Assembly (NCBI GenBank): GCA_963666055.2
Contig: CAXWPH010000006.1
Coordinates: forward strand, 288,001 to 352,000
Reading direction: 5' to 3'
Origin: Acidobacteriota bacterium
Lineage (GTDB): Bacteria > Acidobacteriota > UBA890 > WLXD01
Length of the DNA: 64,000 bases
Numbering within the stretch: position 1 is the stretch's first letter; every line of letters starts with the position of its first letter. Position numbers and translations under genes: made by a program. Below are positions 18,907-27,441 of this stretch, piece after piece. The notes under the pieces are model-generated. The model saw nothing but the letters and a program-made list of their open reading frames with translations, did not search any database and was not told the DNA's origin.

Positions 18907-21789
18907 ATGCGTGCCAAGCTCGTTATCCTGACTGTTGCTATGCTCCTGATCCTCCCCGCGCAGGCGATGGCGCAGGGTGAGCGGACGCAGGGGGATATCG
19001 CCGGAGTAGTTCGTGACGTGGATGGTGCGGGGCTGCCCGGCGCCACCGCCACCATCGAGGGCGACAACCTCATCCAGGAATCTCTCTCGCAGGTAAGCGA
19101 CGTCGCGGGCAACTTCCGGTTTCGTAATCTCAGGCCGGGAATGTACATCGTCACGGTCTCGCTCACCGGGTTCCAAACGATGGCCTACAACGTCCCGGTG
19201 AACGTCGGCACGGCGTCAACCGTGATTGCGGAACTGTCGCTGGCGGGGGTCGCAGAGACGGTCACAGTCGTCTCCGAGACGCCGTTGATCGACATAGAGT
19301 CAGCATCGCTTACGACGTCATACGGCGCGGATCTGCTGGAAAACGTTCCGGTGGCGCGTGAGTTCGCCAACATGACCGACTTCGCCGCTGGTTTCGCCGA
19401 CAAGGGAGCCTATGGCGCCGGCGGCAACGACTCCGAGGGCACCAGCGTGCATCGGCAAGGTGCCGCAACCAACGGCTACCGGCTCAACGGCGTTGACATC
19501 AACGAGCTGGACTGGGGTCTCACCTTTGTCAACCCGAACGTGGAGACGATCGCCGAGATCCAGATTGTCGGTGTCGGCGCCAGCGCCGAGTACAGCCACT
19601 TCACTGGCGCGATGATCAATATTGTGACCAAGGGGGGCACCAACGAGATACATGGCTCGGGCTCTTTCTACTTCCAGAACGGCTCTCTGAGAACCGACAA
19701 CTCGCGCGGCATCGTGGATCTCGAGCGCGGAAAGTTCTCCTACGACCGCGAGGTTGCCGCCTCTGTCGGTGGCCCGATTGCGCGCAACAAGCTGCTGTTC
19801 TTTGCCGGCGTCGCCCGTCAAGAAAAGCGCGATTCGATTGCCGCCGACTCGTTCTGGGAGAACGGTGGAATCGCCGTCGATGATGCCCAGCAGGGTAACG
19901 CTAGGTGGGCACTGCACGGCAAGCTGGATTTCTTGCTCAACGACACCAACACGTTCGGGTTCATGATCAACCATGATCCGGGCGGCGAGTCGAACCGCGA
20001 CCTGCGACCAGGTTCGCCGCTCGACGTCGCCATGGATACCGAGTACAACAGCACGACCGCGTTGTTCACCTGGCAATCCCAACTGGGCGACAACACCTTC
20101 ACCGATCTCCGCCTCGCATACAATACGGCGGACTTCTTGCGCATCCCGCTCGTGTGCTGCGACATCCCGGATTACTGGTTCAACAATTCGCGGAGGCTCA
20201 CCCGTGGCTTCGTGGAGGACGAGGACAACGCCTCGAAAAATGTCACGGCAACGGTGACCCAGTACGTCGACGACTTCCTGGGCGCGGCGCATGACGTCAA
20301 GGTCGGTATCGACTACAACGACCTTTGGTCCACCTGGATTGCTAAGATTACCGGTAGAGGGGCCATGTATGCCTATAGCTCCGGTAACGTATATGGGCGT
20401 ATCTCCAACCGTGGCCTCGAGGCCCGAATGCTACGCCACTCGGCCTTTATCCAGGATAACGCTACCGCTAGCGACAACCTCACCCTCAACCTCGGGCTGC
20501 GCTTTGACCGGACGACCGGTTACGACATGAAGGGTGGGGTGGTTGGGGCTCAGGTAGACAGGTACGACAACTTGGCGCCACGCCTTGGTTTCACCTTGGA
20601 TGTGAGCGGTGATGGCCGTGCCGTGTTCCATGGCAGCTGGGGACGCTACTTCGAGAAGATCTCCATCGGACACGTCTCGAGAGCCACCGGCGGCGCGTTC
20701 ACGGACCCATACGAACCCAACCAGAGGTTCTTCTTCGCAATACCTGACGGGTTTTTCCCTGCCGACTACGACCCCCTCAACCCGACCGACGCGCAAGTGA
20801 TAGCGCTGCAAGACGAACTCTTCCAACTCGAAAACCGGACTTCGTTCAACGCCGATATCTTTCCGATCACCCCCGGCACCCAGTCGACGCACACGGATGT
20901 CTTCAATTTGGGAGTCGAGTATGAATTAGTCAGGGACTGGGTCGTGGGTCTCGACTACATCCGCAAAGATGACAGCAACATGTTCATCTACAACGACATC
21001 ATTGACCATGTGTATACGCCCTTCGAATACACCAGCCCGGTGGTGCCCGGATTCCTCGATACGCCGACGACGCAGACGCTCTACTCGAAAGACAGCGGCT
21101 TTTTTTCGAACGTCTTCGATAACAGCGACTACTATGCGCGGTGGCACAACATCGTGACGCTGTCGCTGGACCGACGGCGAACGGGTTCCGGCCTCAACTT
21201 CAGCACCTCGCTCACCTACCAGAACAACGAGGGAAGGATAGACAATGGCGACGGCCAGACCATCTGGGGTAGGGGCTTCGACGAAGAAGACAACCCGAAC
21301 TTCAACGGCCACCCCTTCTCCGAGTCGGGTCCGTTGCGCTTCAGCAGAACGTGGAGCTGGAAGATACTGGGCAACTACAGGCTGCCCGGAGACATCCTCG
21401 TGGGTACGTACTGGAACTGGGCGTCGGGTCGGCCGTGGAACCTCAAGGTCAGGCACGGATCCAGGGGGATTCCCGAATTGCTCAACGCCGCCTACGGCAG
21501 CACAAACATCGAGGCGCGCGGTAGCAGGCGGTGGGATTCGCATAAGCAGCTCGATCTGCGGCTCTCGAAGTCCTTTAATTTTGGGAATGGCCGGCTCGAG
21601 TTGATGGTCGACGGGTTCAACATGCTCAACAACTTCTCCCCGACCAGCGTCAGAGATCGAATCGACCGAACGTTCAGCCTTCAGCGCGACGCCGAAGGCA
21701 ACAGACTCTCCAACGTCGGGCTGCCCCGGGACTCTTCAAGACTGCTGCCCGGACGGCAGCTTCGGTTCGGGGTACGACTTTCCTTCTGA
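18907..21789 (+). CDS. TonB-dependent receptor (Oar-like, carboxypeptidase-regulatory N-domain)
   Basis: Signal peptide, GVVRDVDGAGLPGATATI, SAEYS..TGAMINIVTKGGTNE plug, NLAPRLG, terminal FGVRLSF; AGGAGG RBS. Confidence 0.92.
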   Translation: MRAKLVILTVAMLLILPAQAMAQGERTQGDIAGVVRDVDGAGLPGATATIEGDNLIQESLSQVSDVAGNFRFRNLRPGMYIVTVSLTGFQTMAYNVPVNVGTASTVIAELSLAGVAETVTVVSETPLIDIESASLTTSYGADLLENVPVAREFANMTDFAAGFADKGAYGAGGNDSEGTSVHRQGAATNGYRLNGVDINELDWGLTFVNPNVETIAEIQIVGVGASAEYSHFTGAMINIVTKGGTNEIHGSGSFYFQNGSLRTDNSRGIVDLERGKFSYDREVAASVGGPIARNKLLFFAGVARQEKRDSIAADSFWENGGIAVDDAQQGNARWALHGKLDFLLNDTNTFGFMINHDPGGESNRDLRPGSPLDVAMDTEYNSTTALFTWQSQLGDNTFTDLRLAYNTADFLRIPLVCCDIPDYWFNNSRRLTRGFVEDEDNASKNVTATVTQYVDDFLGAAHDVKVGIDYNDLWSTWIAKITGRGAMYAYSSGNVYGRISNRGLEARMLRHSAFIQDNATASDNLTLNLGLRFDRTTGYDMKGGVVGAQVDRYDNLAPRLGFTLDVSGDGRAVFHGSWGRYFEKISIGHVSRATGGAFTDPYEPNQRFFFAIPDGFFPADYDPLNPTDAQVIALQDELFQLENRTSFNADIFPITPGTQSTHTDVFNLGVEYELVRDWVVGLDYIRKDDSNMFIYNDIIDHVYTPFEYTSPVVPGFLDTPTTQTLYSKDSGFFSNVFDNSDYYARWHNIVTLSLDRRRTGSGLNFSTSLTYQNNEGRIDNGDGQTIWGRGFDEEDNPNFNGHPFSESGPLRFSRTWSWKILGNYRLPGDILVGTYWNWASGRPWNLKVRHGSRGIPELLNAAYGSTNIEARGSRRWDSHKQLDLRLSKSFNFGNGRLELMVDGFNMLNNFSPTSVRDRIDRTFSLQRDAEGNRLSNVGLPRDSSRLLPGRQLRFGVRLSF

Positions 21790-21930
21790 TTGGCTGACAC
21801 GCAACGACAGAGTGGAGTGCGGTGATCCAGGGCCGGGAGCCGGCCCTGCGGATCGACGATGACCTCGAGGGCCATCGCTGACTGAGCCGCACCCTGCTGG
21901 TGCTGTCGTTCGATCTGCTGGCGCAGCTCG

Positions 21931-22308
21931 TCAGTGCTGTCTCTCGATCCGCTGGCGCAGCTCGTCGATGCGCTGTGCATCCCCCGCCCGGCCCAGCGCA
22001 CGGTAGGCGGCGGCGAGAACCTCGTACGTCTCCGCACGCTCCGGCTGCAGCTCGCGCGCTCGCTCCAGTGCCGTGATCGCACCTTCGTGCTGGCCGAGTG
22101 CTGCCCTGCACAGGCCGATGTTGAAGTGGATCAATGCGTCGTCGGGCGCCACCAAGACCGCGGTCTCGAAGAGCTCCAGCGCCTCGGCCGGATGGTCTCG
22201 GCGGAAGTAGTAGAGCCCCTGCGCGTTCAGCATGCCGATCTGCATGGCGCGATTCTGCTGGAGCTCGCGCTGGCGTTCGGCCCTGGTCATCTCCTGGAAG
22301 CGCTGCAT
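21931..22308 (-). pseudogene. TPR-repeat protein, probably a C-terminal fragment
   Basis: ALIHFNIGLCRAALGQHEGAITALERARELQP TPR pattern; its last 11 codons are duplicated downstream. Confidence 0.6.
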
Positions 22309-22862
22309 CAGCCGTTGGGCCTGTTCCCGCTGACCTTCCTCAGTGGACGGTTACGTTGTTCCTGGCGTTTTGCCAGCTTCAGTCGCTGCTCGCCCCCATG
22401 GCTTGCCTCCCTCGTTCACTCGCCAGCGCGTTTCTTGCTTAGTTCCGACCTCAGCCGACCCCCGTCCTCTGTCGCCTCTAACCGGATACGGACTCGGCCT
22501 TCCTTGTCGCGCAGTTCTTGTATGCCATCGCTTTTGGTAGCCGTTCTCTTTGCCATCCTTACGCGACTCCCTCCTGGGGTCGTGGGGGCCGACGGCTGAT
22601 TGTCTTCCAGGACCTATTAGCCACACGGCCCCCTTCTTATGTCTCGGTGACACCGTCCGCCACCCTGGGGCGCTGATCAGAAGCGACCGAATAGCCAGCG
22701 AGGCTGCGGTGGCTGCGACGCGTCCCGGCGGGCAAGCGGTGGGTAGTGATGAGCGCAGACTCATTTCATTCCCGAACCAGCGACCGGCGATCTATATTGG
22801 CCGAGACTGATCGACCATGATGCCTACCACCTACCGAGTCCCCGAGTGAGAGGCCGCCGCGC

Positions 22863-23192
22863 ATGAGCAAGCCGGGATTCGTCGACGGACGGCACTACGC
22901 GACCTACGTGGTGGAGGTTCGTCGCCTCAAGCGGGTGGGCGACCTCGATGGCGCGAAGGAGCTTCTCCTGCGCCTAGTGGACGCCACAGAGGCCGAGGCA
23001 TCCGCCCGAGGCGAAAGCTGGGTTGCTCTGTGGTACTACGAGCAGCTTGCGATCATCTACCGGAAGAAGAAGCAGCCAGCCGACGAGCTCGCGATCCTCG
23101 AGCGGTACGAACGACAAGCGAAAGCCCCTGGGACCGTTCCAGAGAGGCTGGCTAATCGCCTGGCCGGCCTGCGACCCAAGGCGAACCAATGA
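22863..23192 (+). CDS. hypothetical helical (TPR-like) protein
   Basis: GAGAGG RBS; LKRVGDLDGAKELLL...YYEQLAIIYRK...ELAILERY reads as genuine protein. Confidence 0.65.
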   Translation: MSKPGFVDGRHYATYVVEVRRLKRVGDLDGAKELLLRLVDATEAEASARGESWVALWYYEQLAIIYRKKKQPADELAILERYERQAKAPGTVPERLANRLAGLRPKANQ

Positions 23193-23401
23193 AAGGCCGC
23201 CGCAGCACCCTAAAGATGGACCTTATGTCAGGACAGGTCAGCTATCGCTGCAAGTGCAGGCGCATCGTCCGGGTTCACGCCTCGGACCTAGCTGCCGGCT
23301 TGGTCGACTACTGCGGCTGCGGTCGGCTGCGAATCGACCTCAGTCAGTCTGAGGTCAAACAGCACCGCCAGATGGCCGGTCTCCCGGAGCTCGAGGAATA
23401 G
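23189..23401 (+). CDS. small Cys-motif hypothetical protein
   Basis: ATGA overlap with the upstream stop; CKC...CGC motifs. Confidence 0.45.
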   Translation: MKGRRSTLKMDLMSGQVSYRCKCRRIVRVHASDLAAGLVDYCGCGRLRIDLSQSEVKQHRQMAGLPELEE

Positions 23402-23470
23402 GCTGTGAAGACTCCAGGCTTTCGGCGCCCTGCCGCATGTGCCGTGCGGGAATGCTCAGGTTCGCGGCGG

Positions 23471-23652
23471 CTACTTCTTCCGTCGCCCGCCCCTCTTCTT
23501 GCGGTCGTGCGTCCGTGTCGACGCCGCGACCCTCCGCTGTGCCTTTGTGCTCTTCGGGCGACGCTCCGCTGTGCCTTCGTGTTCTTCGGACCGCGCAAGA
23601 TCCTGCCGGCTTTCGACGCCACCTTCCTCGATGTTCTCTTGTTCTTCGCCAA
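23471..23652 (-). pseudogene. small basic protein (MAKNKRTSRKVASKAGRIL type) disrupted by a 32-bp duplication
   Basis: Lys/Arg-rich N-terminus; the frame changes at tandem repeat 23526-23589. Confidence 0.45.
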
Positions 23653-23997
23653 CTTGCATCCCGTCGTCTTGCATGCTCGGAACGCCCCTCCTCAATTCTA
23701 CCAGCGGTCACTTGGCCCGCGACTTGCCAAATTGTCCCGTTTACGCAGTGCCGGCAGGCGCCCGAAGCCTAGCGAGGCTTGGCGGGCGCACGGTGCTCGC
23801 GGTGTTCAGAGTTCACCGGTGGAACAGAGACTTTGATGACTGAGATCGACACCTATCACCTCCCTAACACCAGACCTTGCCGGCCGAGCCGCAGCCTCCG
23901 GCGTGGTTGTTCTCGCACCAACCAGATATCCTCCAGGAGCGTGACGAGCCATGTCTCCTTCAGCCTCTCCGCGTCGTAATCCACGCCTCGCTTCGCA

Positions 23998-24085
23998 TCC
24001 GGGTGCACTCGGGGTCGGTGGGAGGCTCGGTATCGGGGGACTCTCGCGTTGGATCTAGTCCGCTCTGGCGATAGGCTTCAGGCGC
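23998..24085 (+). repeat. kinase upstream/promoter element without a kinase (copy C)
   Basis: tccgggtgcactcggg box, then TTGGAT(24049)-17-TAGGCT(24072)-tcaggcgc; matches 27179-27279. Confidence 0.8.
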
Positions 24086-24230
24086 ACAGACCCAGTCGCC
24101 TCAAGCTCTTGGGTCGATGGGCGTCAGGACTCCGAGCGCCTCTTCGATCGCTTCGGCCGAGTCGAGACAGAGGTCCTCGCGAAACATCGGGCCAATCACC
24201 TGGACGCCCTGAGGCAAACCGTTCGCCACG

Positions 24231-24262
24231 GCTCATATGCGCGCACTCCGGGTGCACTCGGG
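24231..24262 (+). repeat. 32-bp direct repeat (left) flanking the oxidoreductase pair
   Basis: gctcatatgcgcgcactccgggtgcactcggg; 1 mismatch to 27163-27194. Confidence 0.88.
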
Positions 24263-24328
24263 TTGTGGGCTGGCAGGGAAACGGGGGCCGGGGCGATCCT
24301 CTTCGGCGCAGAGTTCGATGGACGTCGC

Positions 24329-24787
24329 CTACGGACGATGGAGCTCGGTGGCCACTCGCTCGATGGCGCGGATCACCCGCGGATAGGTTCCACAGCGGCA
24401 GATGTTTCTCATGTGGGTAACGATATCTTCGCGGCTGGGGTTCTCATTCTTCTTCAACAAATCAGCCGCGTTCATGATCATCCCCGGCTGACAGTAGCCG
24501 CACTGGGGCACTTGCTCCTCGACCCATGCCCCCAGGAGAGCATGCTGAGTGGCCGCGAGGCCCTCGATCGTCGTGATCTCCTGGTCCGCTGCATCACTGA
24601 TCGGTGTCTGGCAGCTCAGAGCTCGTTCGCCGTTGAGGTGGACCGTGCAGGCCATGCACATCCCGATCCCGCATCCAAACTTCGTGCCCGTCAACCCGAT
24701 GTGTTCACGTAGGACCCAGAGAAGGGGAGTGTTGGAAGCGGCCTCAACGGTTTTCTCGTTGCCATTGACCATGAGGGTGAACCGCAT
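24329..24787 (-). CDS. (2Fe-2S)-binding subunit of an isoquinoline/aldehyde oxidoreductase (IorA-like)
   Basis: TGTKFGCGIGMCMACTV, QCGYCQPG, NICRCGTY. Confidence 0.93.
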   Translation of the reverse strand: MRFTLMVNGNEKTVEAASNTPLLWVLREHIGLTGTKFGCGIGMCMACTVHLNGERALSCQTPISDAADQEITTIEGLAATQHALLGAWVEEQVPQCGYCQPGMIMNAADLLKKNENPSREDIVTHMRNICRCGTYPRVIRAIERVATELHRP

Positions 24788-24802
24788 CGAAACCTCCGCC
24801 CG

Positions 24803-27022
24803 CTACGCCAACGCCTGCAAGACGTGTTCGGGAATCATGGGCATGTGTCGCAATCTTCGACCGGTCAGACGGGCAAAGGCGCTGGCCACTGCAGGTGCCA
24901 CCCCGAGGCCGGCGCGGTCTCCGACCCCGGTCGGCGATCTCTCCGATCGAGCGACCCGGACGTGGATCTGCGGCGTATCTTCCATTGTGATCACCGGATA
25001 GTCGTGGAAGTTGGACTGCTGTACACGCCCATCCTTGAAAGAGATCCGCTCCGTCAAGGCGTTGCTCAGCGCATACACCACACAGCTCTCTACCTGGCCG
25101 ACGACGTTGAGTGGCTGCACCGGGATACCGACATCGACGGCGACCCAGATGTTGGGAACACGGATCCATCCGCTGTCGCGATCGACTGATACCTCCGCGA
25201 CGGTTGCCATCAGGCATCCGAAAGAGGACACGTAGGAGACACCGAGCGCGCGGTCGCCGGAATCAGTCCACTTCGCCATCTCGGCAACGGTTTTCAGCAC
25301 GCTTCGCGCCAGTGGCTCGTCCAAATGAGCCAGGCGAAACTCGATCGGATCCAGACCCCTGTCGGCCGCGATCTCGTCGATAAACGACTCGGCCGCGAAC
25401 TCGTTGAGCAGCGTGCTGACACCTCGCATCCAGCCGAGCCGCACCGGTAGGGCTCGGTTTTCGGTTTGTCTTCGTCGGTGTCCGAAATCATAGCGGCCCA
25501 AGCCTCTATTGCGGCTGAAGATCGTTGCATTCAAGGTCTCCGGGCCGAGCCGTGACCGCAGCTCCCTGATGTAAGTGTCGGCTTGTGCCTGGACATTGTC
25601 CGATACGCTCCGGTGTTCCCAGGCCGTGACTCGATCCCGGGCGTCCACACCGGCCTGCAGATAGTGTGCGCTGCTGGGCTTGAAGTGCCCGTAGCGCACA
25701 TCGTCCTCGCGGCTCCAGACGAGTTTGACTGGCTTGCCTACCTCGCGAGACAGCAACAGGGCGTCAACGACGTATTCGTGCCTGATGTCGGATCTTCGAC
25801 CGAACCCGCCACCGAGATACATTCTGTGGAGCGTGATGTTCTCGATGGGGATCTCCAGCGTCTTGGCGGCAACGCGAAGCAAGTAAGTCGGCGTTTGTGA
25901 TCCGGCCCAGATCTCGGCTCGTTGGCCATCCTCCTTGACCCAAGCCACCGCGTTCAACGGTTCCATCTGGGCTTGATAGACGAACTCGGTACTGTATTCG
26001 GATAGGTAACGGTGGGGCGCAGCAGCGAGGGCGCTCTCCACCTCTCGGTCCTCTTGGCTGGCACCATCGCGGCTCAACTCCCGGGCCCGGCGAGCCTGCG
26101 CCGCGAGCTCGGCGTCGCTGTCGAAGGTCGAGCCCTCTACCTGCTGCCACTCGACCTCGATTTCGCCCGAGGCGGCCAGCGCCCCTTCGATGGTCTCGCT
26201 GACCACACCGACCCCGTAGGGGAGCCTGACGACCTCTAGGACACCGGGTATCTTGCGCGCCTCGCCCTCCGAGACCTGCTCCGGTAGAGCGCCTCTGACG
26301 GGCGACCGCAGCACCGTCGCGTAGAGCATTCCCGGCAATCGCACATCGATGCTGTATTGCGCCGTTCCGTCCACCTTGTCCGGGATGTCCGCTCGAGGAA
26401 TGTCATGGCCGATGAGCCGGAACTCGGCCGGATCTTTGAGGTCGCCCGGCTCGATGTCAGGTGGATTCGAGGGCATGGTCGTGAATCCGGCCACCTCGCC
26501 ATAGGTCAGCCTGCGGCCGGTCCGCTCATGCACGACAACGCTGGGCTCGGTGGCAAGCTCCTCCACCGGCACGCCCCAGCTGGCTGCAGCGCTGTTGAGC
26601 AGCACCCGACGTGCCTGCGCTCCATGCAATCGCAAGGTGTCGTAGTACCCCGCGAGCGTGGCGCTTGCCCCGGTCCGCATGATGCCCATGTATCCAGGAT
26701 TTCCATACAGCTCGTCGTCGGAGGGCGACAACTCGATCCGTACGTCGCTCCAGTCCGCATCGAGCTCCTCGGCAACGATGATCGGCAGCGCCGTCATCGT
26801 TCCCTGCCCCATCTCGACCGCCGGGTTGACGATGGTGATGATTCCATCCGGCGCGATGTTGACCCAGATGTTGGGCGTCAACGTCTCGCTCGCTGTCGAC
26901 GGCGAGGCGGCGCCATCCCGAGGAGGCAGGCTGACGACAAATCCGAACGTCAACCCCGCCGCTTGCAGGAACCCTCGCCGGCTGATCCGTGGATCCGTGT
27001 GAACATCAGATGAACTGCTCAT
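24803..27022 (-). CDS. molybdopterin-binding subunit (IorB/xanthine dehydrogenase family), Tat signal
   Basis: SRRGFLQ, EMGQG, EELDADW, QMEPLNA, LGGGFGRR, QSNFHDY; likely start MSSSSD at 27022. Confidence 0.92.
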   Translation of the reverse strand: MSSSSDVHTDPRISRRGFLQAAGLTFGFVVSLPPRDGAASPSTASETLTPNIWVNIAPDGIITIVNPAVEMGQGTMTALPIIVAEELDADWSDVRIELSPSDDELYGNPGYMGIMRTGASATLAGYYDTLRLHGAQARRVLLNSAAASWGVPVEELATEPSVVVHERTGRRLTYGEVAGFTTMPSNPPDIEPGDLKDPAEFRLIGHDIPRADIPDKVDGTAQYSIDVRLPGMLYATVLRSPVRGALPEQVSEGEARKIPGVLEVVRLPYGVGVVSETIEGALAASGEIEVEWQQVEGSTFDSDAELAAQARRARELSRDGASQEDREVESALAAAPHRYLSEYSTEFVYQAQMEPLNAVAWVKEDGQRAEIWAGSQTPTYLLRVAAKTLEIPIENITLHRMYLGGGFGRRSDIRHEYVVDALLLSREVGKPVKLVWSREDDVRYGHFKPSSAHYLQAGVDARDRVTAWEHRSVSDNVQAQADTYIRELRSRLGPETLNATIFSRNRGLGRYDFGHRRRQTENRALPVRLGWMRGVSTLLNEFAAESFIDEIAADRGLDPIEFRLAHLDEPLARSVLKTVAEMAKWTDSGDRALGVSYVSSFGCLMATVAEVSVDRDSGWIRVPNIWVAVDVGIPVQPLNVVGQVESCVVYALSNALTERISFKDGRVQQSNFHDYPVITMEDTPQIHVRVARSERSPTGVGDRAGLGVAPAVASAFARLTGRRLRHMPMIPEHVLQALA

Positions 27023-27162
27023 GACGGCACGCTCCGTTTCGCTTCCGCGAGCGTCGTGGCTCCTATTGCCGGATTGTAATGGACGAGTGCCTTGAGGACC
27101 ACGAATCCACCGCAGAAGGCTAGCGCCGGATCTACGGTGAGCGCTGGTGAGCGTGCATAGAC

Positions 27163-27319
27163 GCTCATGTGCGCGCACTCCGGGTGCACTCGGGATATTG
27201 CGTGGCTCGGAATCCGGGACGGGCACTAGCGGGCTCGTACCGTTGGATCTCGCACGCTCCGGCGATAGGCTTCAGGCGCTCACCCACCCTGCCTCGGGAG
27301 CGCCATGGAACCCGGTACC
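27163..27319 (+). repeat. kinase upstream element plus promoter and first 5 codons MEPGT (copy D)
   Basis: 32-bp repeat 27163-27194; TTGGAT(27243)-17-TAGGCT(27266); leader GGGAG RBS and ATGGAACCCGG at 27305. Confidence 0.88.
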
Positions 27320-27435
27320 TTCGCGATCGCGCACCTGTCGAAGACGTTTCGCGTCTTGTGCCCTGTGATCTTCATCGCCACGGTGCCTGGTACGCCGGCT
27401 CCGAGTAGGTTCGTGACCGCCGTCCACCGGAGAAC
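27320..27435 (-). pseudogene. tyrosine integrase C-terminal remnant
   Basis: LRWTAVTNLLGAGVPGTVAMKITGHKTRNVFDRC resembles box II (LRRTAVRNL..AGV...AMKITGHKTRSVFDRY), with the catalytic Tyr read as Cys. Confidence 0.75.
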
Positions 27436-27441
27436 AACGAG

